The translations under genes and the position numbers were made by a program. From a virus: a DNA stretch of 64,000 bases. Positions 49,372-59,212 of the stretch are shown piece after piece. The notes below the pieces were generated by a model, which worked only from the letters and a program-made list of their open reading frames with translations, was not told where the DNA came from and ran no database searches. The DNA lies in the IMG/VR virus record IMGVR_UViG_3300007512_000009, positions 32,001-96,000 of that record; one strand, written 5' to 3'. The first letter of the stretch is position 1, and each line of letters begins with the position of its first letter.

Positions 49372-50775
49372 ATGAACGAGTATATTTCGCCCCTAAGTAA
49401 CCGATATGGGTCAGATGATATGAAATACATCTGGTCAGAGCAAAACAAAATAATGACTTGGAGACACCTATGGTGTGCTTTAGCAGAAACACAAAAAGAA
49501 CTTGGTGTCAGCATTATCACTGATAATCAACTTAAAGAAATGAAGGATGCAGTAAATAAAATAGACCTTTCTGCAATCCAAAATTACGAATCCAAAACGA
49601 AACACGATGTAGTAGCAAATATTCATGCGTTTGGTGCAATTGCAACTAATGCTAAACCAATTATTCATCTTGGGGCTACTAGTCAATTTGTGGTTGATAA
49701 TGCAGAATCCATTATGGTGAGAGATTCGTTGGTCAAACTCATTATAAAAACAGCAGAAGTAATCGATAGTCTATCGAATTTTGCTCTAGACAATGCAAAT
49801 CTACCAACAGTTGGTTTAACCCATCTACAACCTGCACAACCAACTACAGTTGGAAAAAGAGCAACAATGTGGATTCAAGATTTTGTTACTACAATAGAAG
49901 ACTTGGGTTTTAGACTAGATAAGATTAAGTTCAGAGGCGCAAAAGGTACTACAGGAACACAAGCATCGTTTTTAAATTTGTTTAATGGTGATGCTGAAAA
50001 GGTGCAAATTATGGATGAAATGATTGCATCCAAACTTGGATTTGACCAATCTAGTCTATCAAGAATTATTGGACAATCAGCCCCAAGAATAAACGATGTA
50101 TTATTAGTTTCATCTGTTTGTCTTATTGCATCTGCAGCCAGCAAATTTGCAAACGATATCCGTATTTTGAGTAGCAAAAGGGAAATATCAGAAGGTTTTG
50201 ATTCAAATAACCAAGTTGGTTCGTCTGCAATGGCATATAAGCAAAATCCAATCATCTGTGAAAAAATTTGTTCACTATCACGATATCTAATATCTCTTGT
50301 TCAAAATCCATATCATACTGCAGCCAGCCAATGGATGGAAAGAACTTTGGATGATTCAGCAAATAAGAGATTATTATTACCAGAAGTTTTTATTATAGCA
50401 GATGAGATTTTAGATTCGGTATTTAAGGTGGTAAATAATATGGTAGTAAACACTAATATGATACGTAAACACTATGAAGAAGAGTTACCTTTCTTTATTA
50501 CTGAAAATGTTGTAATTGAAGCAGTCAAAAAGAACGGTGTAGATAGACAGGTAGCACATGAGGAAATTAGAAAATTAGCAATAGATACCAAAGGTCGTGT
50601 TAATGCTGGTAAAACTAACAATTTAATATATAGAATTTCTAGGAAAAAGATTTTTAAAGATATAAATGTTAGAGAGATGTTAGATTTAAAATATACTGGG
50701 CTAGCAGAGGAACAAACTAAATGGTATATTCAAAATATAGTTGCACCAGTTAAAAGGCTATATTTAAACAAATAA
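49372..50775 (+). CDS. purB: Adenylosuccinate lyase
   Basis: SPL..RY, KHDVVA, IIHLGATS, THLQPAQPTTVGKR, RGAKGTTGTQASF, signature GSSAMAYKQNP, ERTLDDSA. Confidence 0.95.
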   Translation: MNEYISPLSNRYGSDDMKYIWSEQNKIMTWRHLWCALAETQKELGVSIITDNQLKEMKDAVNKIDLSAIQNYESKTKHDVVANIHAFGAIATNAKPIIHLGATSQFVVDNAESIMVRDSLVKLIIKTAEVIDSLSNFALDNANLPTVGLTHLQPAQPTTVGKRATMWIQDFVTTIEDLGFRLDKIKFRGAKGTTGTQASFLNLFNGDAEKVQIMDEMIASKLGFDQSSLSRIIGQSAPRINDVLLVSSVCLIASAASKFANDIRILSSKREISEGFDSNNQVGSSAMAYKQNPIICEKICSLSRYLISLVQNPYHTAASQWMERTLDDSANKRLLLPEVFIIADEILDSVFKVVNNMVVNTNMIRKHYEEELPFFITENVVIEAVKKNGVDRQVAHEEIRKLAIDTKGRVNAGKTNNLIYRISRKKIFKDINVREMLDLKYTGLAEEQTKWYIQNIVAPVKRLYLNK

Positions 50776-50778
50776 TAA

Positions 50779-50807
50779 TTGATTGCGATGAGCCTATCTG
50801 ATATAAT
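50779..50807 (+). promoter_or_regulatory. Sigma70-type promoter for gp46
   Basis: TTGATT, 17 nt, TATAAT, 9 nt before ATG 50817. Confidence 0.6.
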
Positions 50808-50816
50808 GTATTTAAG

Positions 50817-52577
50817 ATGTTAATATTTAAAAAATTATCATGGAAGAATTTTCTATCCACTGGTAATGTACCTATAGAGGTATATTTAGACAAGTATAAT
50901 ACTACTTTAATATCTGGTGATAATGGGGCGGGAAAATCTACGATGCTAGATGCTCTGACCTTTTCTCTATTTGGTAGTTCTTTTAGGGGGATATCACTTA
51001 GTGGTAGAAGAAAAATCGCTAACACAGTAAACAGCGTAAATGAAAAAGATTGTATGGTAGAAGTAGAATTTTATACCAACAATCATGAATATAAAGTCGT
51101 TCGTGGTTTAAAACCAAAGATTTTTGAAATTTATAAAGATGGGGTATTAGTTCCTCAAGAAGCAACTGTATTAGACTACCAAAAAATCCTAGAAGAACAA
51201 ATATTAAAGATGTCATATAAGGCATTTTGTCAAATTGTTATTTTGGGTTCTTCAAATTATACACCGTTTATGAAATTGTCTGCTAAGGATAGACGAAACA
51301 TCGTTGAAGATTTATTAGACATTAATATATTTTCTGTGATGAATAACTTGCTAAGGTCTAGAGTTTCAGAGAATAAAATTAAATTATCGGATGTGGTTAA
51401 TCAAATCAATGTAATCAAATCAAAGATAGATGGTCATAAAAACCTAATAAACAAAATGGAAGAGAAATCTAAAGAATCTGTGCAAGGTTACAAAGAAGAA
51501 TTGGATACGACCAACAATCAAATTGAAGATTTAGAAAAAAATATAAAAGAATATCAAAGTCAAATTGACGAATTTATGAAAGAAATTGGGGATGAAAATT
51601 CTCTTTCTTCTAAACTCCTGAAAGCAGAATCTATAGAAAAGCAACTTGTATTCAGTATAAAAAAGAATAAGAAGGATATAGATTTTTATGAGGATAACAA
51701 CTCATGTCCAGTATGTGACCAAAACATAGATGATGAGATAAAAAAGGATAAGATTGATGCAAAAAATGTCAAAATAAAAGAATTGGAAGATGCAGTAGAC
51801 CAAATCAGTAAAACCATAAATGATACAGGTGAGTTACTGAGCAAAGTAAATTCTACATTGAAAGATGTGAGAGTAGTCGAGGATAAAATATCAGAGTCCA
51901 ATAATAATATATCAGTTTGTAATAGGTATATAACCAAAATAAATGACAACATTAAAGAAATAACAGAAGACAAAGAAGACTTACAAACAGAAAGAGAATC
52001 TTTAGTAAAACTGGAATCAGAACATAATATTTTAGATTTAGAGAGAAGAGAGATGGTAAGTTTTAGAGAGAATCTTGAAACTGTGAGTTCTCTATTAAAA
52101 GATACAGGTATCAAGTCTAAAATAATCGGTTATTATTTACCAATAATGAATAAATTGATTAACCAGTATTTGTCCTCTATGGGGTTTTTTTGTCAGTTTA
52201 CATTAGACGAGAACTTCGATGAAACAATTAAAAGTAGATATAGGGATGACTTTACTTATTTCAACTTTAGTGAAGGTGAAAGATTGAGAATAGACCTCTC
52301 TCTTTTGCTTGCTTGGAGAGAAATAGCAAGACTTAAGAACAGCGTTAACTGCAACCTCTTATTATTGGATGAAGTTTTCGATTCCAGTCTTGATATGGTT
52401 GGTACAGAGGAGTTTTTGAAAATATTGAATAGCCTCGGTAATAAAGCAAATGTGTTTGTTATAACACATAAAGCAGACCAACTTATTGATAAATTCCAAA
52501 ATAATATACATTTTATAAAGAAAGGTAACTTCAGTGAAATCAAATTTAACATGCACAAACCAGAAGACAATGGTTGA
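50817..52577 (+). CDS. gp46: Recombination ATPase gp46 (Rad50/SbcC-like)
   Basis: WKNFLSTGN, GDNGAGKST, zinc-hook CPVC, FSEGE..RIDL, LDEVFDSSLD, VITH. Confidence 0.97.
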   Translation: MLIFKKLSWKNFLSTGNVPIEVYLDKYNTTLISGDNGAGKSTMLDALTFSLFGSSFRGISLSGRRKIANTVNSVNEKDCMVEVEFYTNNHEYKVVRGLKPKIFEIYKDGVLVPQEATVLDYQKILEEQILKMSYKAFCQIVILGSSNYTPFMKLSAKDRRNIVEDLLDINIFSVMNNLLRSRVSENKIKLSDVVNQINVIKSKIDGHKNLINKMEEKSKESVQGYKEELDTTNNQIEDLEKNIKEYQSQIDEFMKEIGDENSLSSKLLKAESIEKQLVFSIKKNKKDIDFYEDNNSCPVCDQNIDDEIKKDKIDAKNVKIKELEDAVDQISKTINDTGELLSKVNSTLKDVRVVEDKISESNNNISVCNRYITKINDNIKEITEDKEDLQTERESLVKLESEHNILDLERREMVSFRENLETVSSLLKDTGIKSKIIGYYLPIMNKLINQYLSSMGFFCQFTLDENFDETIKSRYRDDFTYFNFSEGERLRIDLSLLLAWREIARLKNSVNCNLLLLDEVFDSSLDMVGTEEFLKILNSLGNKANVFVITHKADQLIDKFQNNIHFIKKGNFSEIKFNMHKPEDNG

Positions 52578-54168
52578 CAATAGTTTTTATGAGCGAAACA
52601 ACTGGGTAATTAATTCTCATATGAATTGTTATTACCAAGATTTAGCAAATATGACTCCTGACGAATTTAGAGAGTGGGTTATCAAAATGCGTAAAATTGT
52701 AAAAGAATCTTGGGATTTATATGGTTGTCCACCACGGATTGGTAAATCTAAAGAAGCAGTTATTGAGCAATTTAATAAAATGGCGGAATTTCCTGTTCAT
52801 GAGTTTACCTACACTGATGAGTTATCAGATATTGAAGATGATGTAATCATAAACAAATCACGTGTTGGTGGAGAAGCAGACCAGTGGTTTAGCAACATGA
52901 TGAAGACTCGTATCAACTACACAGAGAAGGACAACGGTTATTCAATCTATGACCTATTTGCAGAAGACCGATTTTTAGAAAGAATGGTTAAAGCATCAAT
53001 GCGGCATTTCCGCAGAGATTCTCTTTATGAACATGCAAAATCAGCACTATGCAACGATGACAAATATTCGGTAGTAAGTGTAAGCAACGGTGAAGAATGG
53101 ATGGAAGCATTTCATAACAACCCAAAAATCTTCAAGGGTTACGACTTCATGCTTGAACAAACCAAAATGAGGGAAGGTGTGAACAGTGGTTATTATCAAG
53201 TTCAGCAATCCGACATTTTGCACCTAACAAGAGAACAGGTTAAGGAATATAAAGAAAAGGGATGGTTAGAATACCGAAATCACTCAACGTTTGATATTGA
53301 TGAAATGCCCGACAACATGGTATACAATATTCGTGTCTACAAAAAAGATAAAAAGATTTTTCCACGTGGATTTGCTTCCTTTAGGATTGGATATATTCAG
53401 GTGGCTGTTAATTTCCCGTCGATGACTGCTAAATACTTATATGAGAGATTTACTGAAAAAATCAAAGACCAAGAAGTTATTAACATCTATGACCCTTCTG
53501 CTGGCTGGGGTGGTCGCATACTTGGTGCTATGGCTGTTAGGGATGACCGTAGGATTCATTATATTGGTACTGACCCCAATACTGACAATTTCAATAATGA
53601 TGGTGATTACAGCAAGTATGCTTCTCTCGCAGATTTTTACAATACCAAAACTTATCGTGGAAATCCTATATTTTCCGAAACGAATACTTACGATGTTTTC
53701 CAAGAATGCTCAGAAGACATCCACCTCAACCCAGACTTCAAAAAGTACAAAGGAAAACTCGACCTTATCTTTACTTCACCGCCTTATTTCAACAGAGAGG
53801 CGTATAGCGAAGACTTCACTCAGTCGTATAAAAAATTTGGGTCGTCGTATGAAGCGTGGCGACACGGATTCCTAGCACCTACACTGGAAACCTGTGTTGA
53901 ATATTTAAGACCTAACAGATATCTATTATGGAATGTTGCAGACTTACTGGTAGGTAAGAACAAATTTCTACCTCTTGAGAAAGACTCTAGGGACATATTA
54001 GAATCTCTAGGTATGGAATATCAATACACTCTTAAGATGGCAATGGAGTTAATGCCTGGGCAAAATCGTTTAGACGAGAATGGTGTACCTATGTGTAAAA
54101 ATTATTGTAGAGTAAATGGTAAATATCTTAAATACGAACCAGTTTTTATCTTTAAAAAACCATCTTGA
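52570..54168 (+). CDS. Amino-type DNA methyltransferase (N4-C or N6-A) with long N-terminal region; start ATG 52570
   Basis: SAM motif IYDPSAGWGGRILGA, YIGTDPN, catalytic DLIFTSPPYF. Confidence 0.85.
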   Translation: MVDNSFYERNNWVINSHMNCYYQDLANMTPDEFREWVIKMRKIVKESWDLYGCPPRIGKSKEAVIEQFNKMAEFPVHEFTYTDELSDIEDDVIINKSRVGGEADQWFSNMMKTRINYTEKDNGYSIYDLFAEDRFLERMVKASMRHFRRDSLYEHAKSALCNDDKYSVVSVSNGEEWMEAFHNNPKIFKGYDFMLEQTKMREGVNSGYYQVQQSDILHLTREQVKEYKEKGWLEYRNHSTFDIDEMPDNMVYNIRVYKKDKKIFPRGFASFRIGYIQVAVNFPSMTAKYLYERFTEKIKDQEVINIYDPSAGWGGRILGAMAVRDDRRIHYIGTDPNTDNFNNDGDYSKYASLADFYNTKTYRGNPIFSETNTYDVFQECSEDIHLNPDFKKYKGKLDLIFTSPPYFNREAYSEDFTQSYKKFGSSYEAWRHGFLAPTLETCVEYLRPNRYLLWNVADLLVGKNKFLPLEKDSRDILESLGMEYQYTLKMAMELMPGQNRLDENGVPMCKNYCRVNGKYLKYEPVFIFKKPS

Positions 54169-54193
54169 CCGAGTTTAGCCTTTAGAATATAAT
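54165..54193 (+). promoter_or_regulatory. Sigma70-type promoter
   Basis: TTGACC, 17 nt, TATAAT, upstream of ATG 54200. Confidence 0.65.
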
Positions 54194-54199
54194 ATAAGT

Positions 54200-55324
54200 A
54201 TGAGCAAACAAGTATCAACGATACAACAAGAGCCCAACAGGAATTGGATAAAAATAACTAAGGAAGACGCACCTTTTGAGGTCGTTTCGTGTTTATACTG
54301 GTACAGTGTTTATGCCACACCTAAGCAACTAAAAAAGTGGGTTTTGAACTACGTTAAAAACAACATAGACAAAAAATTGGTTAAAAACTATAGTAATGGT
54401 AACAGAAGCAACTATGAAAAAGTGGGTTCTGCATGTAGAATTTTAGAAAAAGGTTGTCCTATTGAATTCGTTAAGGAAATTATAGATGAAGGTCTTAACG
54501 AAATAAAAAAGAACACAATCTCCTCTAGAAAACGGTCTGCAAAGGCAGCAAAGAATTCTCTTAACAAGGTTAAAATTAATCCTAAGACCAAATTCGATAA
54601 TGAATTAGATGGATATATGTTTAAAATTCATTCTGAGGTAGATAGGTTGATAAACTATCCTAAAATTAAAAAGTCAGAATGGTTTGATGCTGAGAGTTAT
54701 TTTAAATCTAAGCACATAAAACCAGAGTTTGCTGTTGAAATTTTGAATCAGTTAAACCCAACTCTCAATGAATTGAAATTGGCCCTAGAGGGGGAAGATG
54801 AACAATTAGTTGAAGCATACAGTTACCTTAAGAGGAGACACCACACTAGACTAATAGAATTTGTTGGTGATGTAGTAGGGGTCGCTAAAAAATACTCCAA
54901 TAAGAGAACCTTCACCAAAAAAGGCAAGAAAAAGAGAAAGAAATCCACAACACCAGACATGATGGTTAAAAAATTGCCTTATCTAGAAAAATATGATGAG
55001 TTAAATTTAATCTCTGAAGACCCAAAAGATATTATAGGTGCTACAGCACTGTTTATATACAATGTGCAAAGTAGACTGATATACATGTATATAGCAGACA
55101 GTAAGGGGTTATCAGTTAAGGGTGCTTCTATTATAGGATTCGATAAAAAGAAATCATTGATTAAGAAATTAAGGAATCCAAAGCATACTATGCACATGGT
55201 TAGCGGTAATAAGGCTAAATTAACAAAAAAATTCGTGGTGCAACATATCAAAGATGTAAAGACCGTAGAAAAACCAGTTAGGGAAAAACTAAACAAAAAC
55301 TGCATTATAGTTAGGATATTTTAA
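54200..55324 (+). CDS. Conserved T4-like hypothetical protein upstream of RNase H
   Basis: Lys-rich 374 aa with C-terminal GLSVKGASI.GFD..S..KKLR.P. Confidence 0.65.
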   Translation: MSKQVSTIQQEPNRNWIKITKEDAPFEVVSCLYWYSVYATPKQLKKWVLNYVKNNIDKKLVKNYSNGNRSNYEKVGSACRILEKGCPIEFVKEIIDEGLNEIKKNTISSRKRSAKAAKNSLNKVKINPKTKFDNELDGYMFKIHSEVDRLINYPKIKKSEWFDAESYFKSKHIKPEFAVEILNQLNPTLNELKLALEGEDEQLVEAYSYLKRRHHTRLIEFVGDVVGVAKKYSNKRTFTKKGKKKRKKSTTPDMMVKKLPYLEKYDELNLISEDPKDIIGATALFIYNVQSRLIYMYIADSKGLSVKGASIIGFDKKKSLIKKLRNPKHTMHMVSGNKAKLTKKFVVQHIKDVKTVEKPVREKLNKNCIIVRIF

Positions 55325-55326
55325 GG

Positions 55327-56217
55327 GTGATACTTTTAGACACAAACCAAATAATGATTTCAAACCTTTTTGCAACAAAAGGTCAAAAGTTTGATAGTGG
55401 GTTACTTACACTAAATGATATAAGACATGCTGTTCTAAAGGGTATACTTTATTATGAGGGTAGATTTAAAAACAGGTTTGGGGATATAGTATTATGTTAC
55501 GATTCTGGAAACTATTGGAGAACAAAACAGTTTCCCCACTATAAAGCAAATAGAAAAAAGAAACAGAAATCCGATTGTATAGACTGGCACAAAATTTATG
55601 ATTTGTTTAGTACCGTAAGAGAAGAGATAAAAGATAGTTTCCCTTACGTAACCATGCATGTTGAAACTGTAGAGGCAGATGACATTATTTCTGTTTTAGT
55701 AGAAGAATACAATAATAAAAGTTTTGTCGTAAGACAAGATGAAACTCTTATTGTATCTGCAGACAAGGATTTCCAACAACTTCAACGATACGAGGGTGTT
55801 TTTCAGTATAGTCCAAACGCAAAAGATTTTATAAAATGCGATGACCCTGTAGGATTTTTAATCGAACACATTATTAGAGGTGATTCATCAGATGGTATAC
55901 CTAATGTCTTATCTGATGATGATGCGTTGATAAACTCGGACAAAAAACAAACCATTATGTCCGCTAAAAGGTTTAATGCTGTTATGGAAGAGGTAAAAAC
56001 AAGAAAAATAGTAAGTTCGGATTCCAAGTTCAGAAGAAACTGGTTCAGAAACAAAAATCTAATAGATTTGGGTTGCATACCAAAAGATAGCAAAAAAATG
56101 ATTACTAAAGAATATTATAAAGAAATCTCCTCTAGGCATATGAAAAAAACCAATCCAACATCAATGGAATATCTGATATCGAATAGATTGGGTAATTTAA
56201 CTGAGTTTTTGAATTAG
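55327..56217 (+). CDS. rnh: RNase H / 5'-3' exonuclease (T4 rnh family)
   Basis: ILLD.NQIMIS, NYWR...FP.YKANRKK, VEADDII, VSADKDF.QLQ, GDSSDGIPN.LS, NW.RN..LIDL..IP. Confidence 0.95.
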   Translation: MILLDTNQIMISNLFATKGQKFDSGLLTLNDIRHAVLKGILYYEGRFKNRFGDIVLCYDSGNYWRTKQFPHYKANRKKKQKSDCIDWHKIYDLFSTVREEIKDSFPYVTMHVETVEADDIISVLVEEYNNKSFVVRQDETLIVSADKDFQQLQRYEGVFQYSPNAKDFIKCDDPVGFLIEHIIRGDSSDGIPNVLSDDDALINSDKKQTIMSAKRFNAVMEEVKTRKIVSSDSKFRRNWFRNKNLIDLGCIPKDSKKMITKEYYKEISSRHMKKTNPTSMEYLISNRLGNLTEFLN

Positions 56218-56229
56218 GTAACGGTAGGA

Positions 56230-56403
56230 ATGTCCGATAAAAAGAAAAAAGAAAAGACACCACAACAAAAAAAATTGTTTTTTAACGGCAAAAATAAGAA
56301 AAAACAAAGAAAACGTAAGAGTAGACACGGTGCCAATCAGTTTACTAAAGAACATGGTAATGATATTGAATTCACTGACAATTTTGAAAAGTTTGGTAGT
56401 TGA
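56230..56403 (+). CDS. Small basic protein (57 aa, below ORF-track cutoff)
   Basis: Manual translation MSDKKKKEKTPQQKKLFFNGKNKKKQRKRKSRHGANQFTKEHGNDIEFTDNFEKFGS*, preceded by SD-like GGTAGGA; fills the rnh-gp45 gap. Confidence 0.55.
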   Translation: MSDKKKKEKTPQQKKLFFNGKNKKKQRKRKSRHGANQFTKEHGNDIEFTDNFEKFGS

Positions 56404-56428
56404 CCAGTATCCGCCATCATGGTATAAT
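56400..56428 (+). promoter_or_regulatory. Sigma70-type promoter for gp45 operon
   Basis: TTGACC, 17 nt, TATAAT; SD GGAG before ATG 56452. Confidence 0.65.
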
Positions 56429-56451
56429 ATATTCAACATGGAGCAACAAAA

Positions 56452-57141
56452 ATGACCACAGCAACAAAAATGAAAATATCAAAAGAAACGATAGGGCTAT
56501 TGAAGAATTTTGCATCTATTAATTCTAACATACTTGTTAAGACTGGTAGCAAAATCAAAACTATATCAAATTACAAGAATGTCTTAGCGGAGGCAACCGT
56601 AGAAGAGTCTTTTGATATCGAATTCGGAATCTGGGATTTAAATAAATTCTTAGGTACTGTGTCGCTATTCGAATCACCAACTTTTGAATTTAATCAAAAA
56701 AACGTAGTTATAGAGGGGAAAAATGGTGCTACAGTCGTGTATTACTATTCAGAACCGAAATTGTTAACAACAGTCAATAAAGAACTGAAGATACCTGAAG
56801 CGGTTGTTCACTGTGAAATCAAGGAAGAAGATTTTAAAGAGATTCAACGGGCGGCAGGTGTACTTCAACTACCAGACCTTAAAATTTCCTCTGAAGGTGA
56901 TAAAATTAACTTGACTGTTCATGATAGGAAAGACCCTTCATCAAATAGTTGGACATTCGAAGTCGGTGATAACATCGAAGATGCAGATTTTTCATTCTTG
57001 TTCAAGGTTGAAAATATGAAGATGTTATCTGGTGATTATAATGTAGAAATTTGCAAAAACAGTGTAGCGAAATTTAGTAACAAAGCGATTGACTTAAGTT
57101 ATTGGGTTGCTATGGAGCCGGATTCAACATACAATGCGTAA
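56452..57141 (+). CDS. gp45: Sliding clamp gp45
   Basis: MKIS..T..LLKNFASIN.NI, FGIWDLN.FL, A.VLQLPDL, KVEN.K...GDY.V, YW.A.EPDS. Confidence 0.96.
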   Translation: MTTATKMKISKETIGLLKNFASINSNILVKTGSKIKTISNYKNVLAEATVEESFDIEFGIWDLNKFLGTVSLFESPTFEFNQKNVVIEGKNGATVVYYYSEPKLLTTVNKELKIPEAVVHCEIKEEDFKEIQRAAGVLQLPDLKISSEGDKINLTVHDRKDPSSNSWTFEVGDNIEDADFSFLFKVENMKMLSGDYNVEICKNSVAKFSNKAIDLSYWVAMEPDSTYNA

Positions 57142-57604
57142 TAAAACAATATATATAGCAGGCCCTATGAGGGGAAAACCAAATTGGAATTATGAAGCGT
57201 TTGACAGGACAGAAAAAATGCTTTCTAAAATGGGTTGGAATGTGGTTAATCCTGCCACACTAGACGAAAATTCTAAAGAAACTCAAGGGTTGCATTGCGA
57301 ACCAGACGAGTTTGACCCAGATAGTAATACCCGCCACAGAGATGTAAATAGAAAGATTATGAAGCGTGATTTGGATGCAATATGCGATAATTGTGATGCC
57401 ATCTATATGTTAGAAGGGTGGCAAATGAGTCAAGGTGCTTGTGCAGAATTTTACTTATCTTGTTCTATTGGTCTAACGATTCTCTATGAAAACACTATTG
57501 ACAAAACCATTTCTGCTGATTTTGAGTATGATGATGGGGTTAAATCTCACACTAACCCTAAGTTACCAACAAAAGAGTGGGATAGGTTCACTAGTCCAAA
57601 ATGA
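57134..57604 (+). CDS. DUF4406 / nucleoside 2-deoxyribosyltransferase-like protein (start ATG 57134)
   Basis: IYIAGPMRG..NWN..AF, VVNPA, CDAIYML.GW..S.GA.AE. Confidence 0.8.
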   Translation: MRNKTIYIAGPMRGKPNWNYEAFDRTEKMLSKMGWNVVNPATLDENSKETQGLHCEPDEFDPDSNTRHRDVNRKIMKRDLDAICDNCDAIYMLEGWQMSQGACAEFYLSCSIGLTILYENTIDKTISADFEYDDGVKSHTNPKLPTKEWDRFTSPK

Positions 57605-58557
57605 CGATAACAATGACAGAAAACAAATCTTACTTATGGGTTGAAAAATATCGACCCTCTACTATTGATGAATGCATTCTTCCTGAACGATTGAAGAAGA
57701 CATTCAAAGATATGATAAAATCTGGTGAATCCCAAAACCTCCTCTTATCAGGAAGTGCAGGTTGCGGCAAGACTACTGTTGCAAAGGCTCTATGTAGTGA
57801 ACTTGAAACAGACTGGATGGTGATTAACTGCTCTGAAGACGGCAACATCGACACTCTGAGAACAAGAATCCGTAGTTTTGCTAGTACTGTGTCCTTGACA
57901 GGGTCCAAAAAAGTTGTAATTTTGGACGAATTTGATTATGCTAATGCACAGTCTATGCAACCTGCACTTCGTGGATTCATTGAGGAATTTGCTAATAACT
58001 GCAGATTTATCCTCACCTGTAATTTTAAAAACAGAATTATTGAACCTATCCACTCACGGTGCACCTGTATTCATTTCCAATTCGGTAAGAAGGATATGAG
58101 TACAATGTCTGCACAGTTTATGGAGAGAGTAAAGTACATATTGAATGATGAAAATGTTCCCTATGAAGATAAAGTTATAGCAAAATTGATTGTTCGCTAT
58201 ATGCCTGACTTTAGAAGGATAATTAATGAATTGCAACGGTATTCTATTGCAGGTACAATTGATGTCGGTATTCTTGCTGACATTGAAAACATTAAAATTA
58301 ACGACTTAATGACATCAATGAAAAGTAAAAATTTTCAAGAAGTTAGAAAATGGGTAGTTGATAACTTAGACAATGACCAAGTACAAATTTTTAAAAAGAT
58401 TTATGATAATTTATCGGATTGCCTTGAACCACAAAGTATCCCGGCCGCAATTCTCATTATTGCAGAGTATCAATATAAGGCGGCCTTCGTAGCAGACCAA
58501 GAAATAAACATGACTGCGTGTTGCACAGAGTTAATGATGGAGTGTACCTTTAAATGA
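57601..58557 (+). CDS. gp44: Clamp loader large subunit gp44
   Basis: LWVEKYRP.TI.ECILP, G.AGCGKTT, IN.S..G.ID.LR, ILDEFD, QPALR.FIEEF..NCRFILTCN, ADQEIN. Confidence 0.97.
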   Translation: MTITMTENKSYLWVEKYRPSTIDECILPERLKKTFKDMIKSGESQNLLLSGSAGCGKTTVAKALCSELETDWMVINCSEDGNIDTLRTRIRSFASTVSLTGSKKVVILDEFDYANAQSMQPALRGFIEEFANNCRFILTCNFKNRIIEPIHSRCTCIHFQFGKKDMSTMSAQFMERVKYILNDENVPYEDKVIAKLIVRYMPDFRRIINELQRYSIAGTIDVGILADIENIKINDLMTSMKSKNFQEVRKWVVDNLDNDQVQIFKKIYDNLSDCLEPQSIPAAILIIAEYQYKAAFVADQEINMTACCTELMMECTFK

Positions 58558-58817
58558 TTAGACCAATTAATGACAATTTAACAATTATAAGTGAAACAGA
58601 AAAAGAAAAAACCACTGAATCTGGTATTATTGTAACAGGCAGTGCTGTGGACGATAAGTCTAAACCCAAAGTAGTTATTGTAGCAGGAGTTGGTCCTGAT
58701 GTAAAGTCTGAAATTAAAATCGGTGATACGGTTTTATGGGGTAGACAAGGACTCGGTTCTTATGGTAACGTAGTTATTATACCTGAATCCTCTGTGCTGG
58801 CAATCATAACTACATGA
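58554..58817 (+). CDS. groES: GroES/Cpn10-like co-chaperonin
   Basis: IRPINDN, mobile-loop TTESGIIV, GVGPDV..IKIGDTVL, I..E..VLAI. Confidence 0.8.
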   Translation: MIRPINDNLTIISETEKEKTTESGIIVTGSAVDDKSKPKVVIVAGVGPDVKSEIKIGDTVLWGRQGLGSYGNVVIIPESSVLAIITT

Positions 58818-59200
58818 AATTAAGCGATTATTTAAACGCCATTAATCATACCAAAGTTCCTATGAACAAACTGGATGATGACTACGAGTTTGTACTCAAA
58901 AGATATGCCCCTTTTATTATTAATAAAGGGGTTTCTTATTTTCCAGATTCAATAATTCAATCCAATAATATGAATTTCTTTTGTGGTATAGACAAGAGGA
59001 TGCACTTTGACTATCTACAGCACTCCATCAGGAAGAGAAAAAGATTCAGTAAATGGATGAAGAAAACGGCTCCTGCTGATTTGCAGGCTGTTAAAGACTA
59101 TTTTGGATATTCAAATTCAAAGTCTTATGAAGCACTTGACATACTTAGCAAAGAGCAAATAAATAATATTAAAGAGGAATTGAACACGGGCGGTTTTTAA
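58814..59200 (+). CDS. gp62: Clamp loader small subunit gp62
   Basis: L.DYLNAIN.TK, Y.PFIIN...S.F.D.I, L...IRKRKRFSKW, VK.YFGYS..K. Confidence 0.93.
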   Translation: MKLSDYLNAINHTKVPMNKLDDDYEFVLKRYAPFIINKGVSYFPDSIIQSNNMNFFCGIDKRMHFDYLQHSIRKRKRFSKWMKKTAPADLQAVKDYFGYSNSKSYEALDILSKEQINNIKEELNTGGF

Positions 59201-59212
59201 TAATATCTCCAT

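Noticed and set aside
45391-57133. ORF-track starts at 45391, 47600, 52534 and 57107
   Set aside because: They extend into upstream genes or promoters; downstream ATGs at 45424, 47633, 52570 and 57134 fit SD sites or stop-start coupling better
57498-57532. TTGACA inside the DUF4406-like gene as a promoter
   Set aside because: The nearest -10-like hexamer (TATGAT) is 23 nt away, which is the wrong spacing
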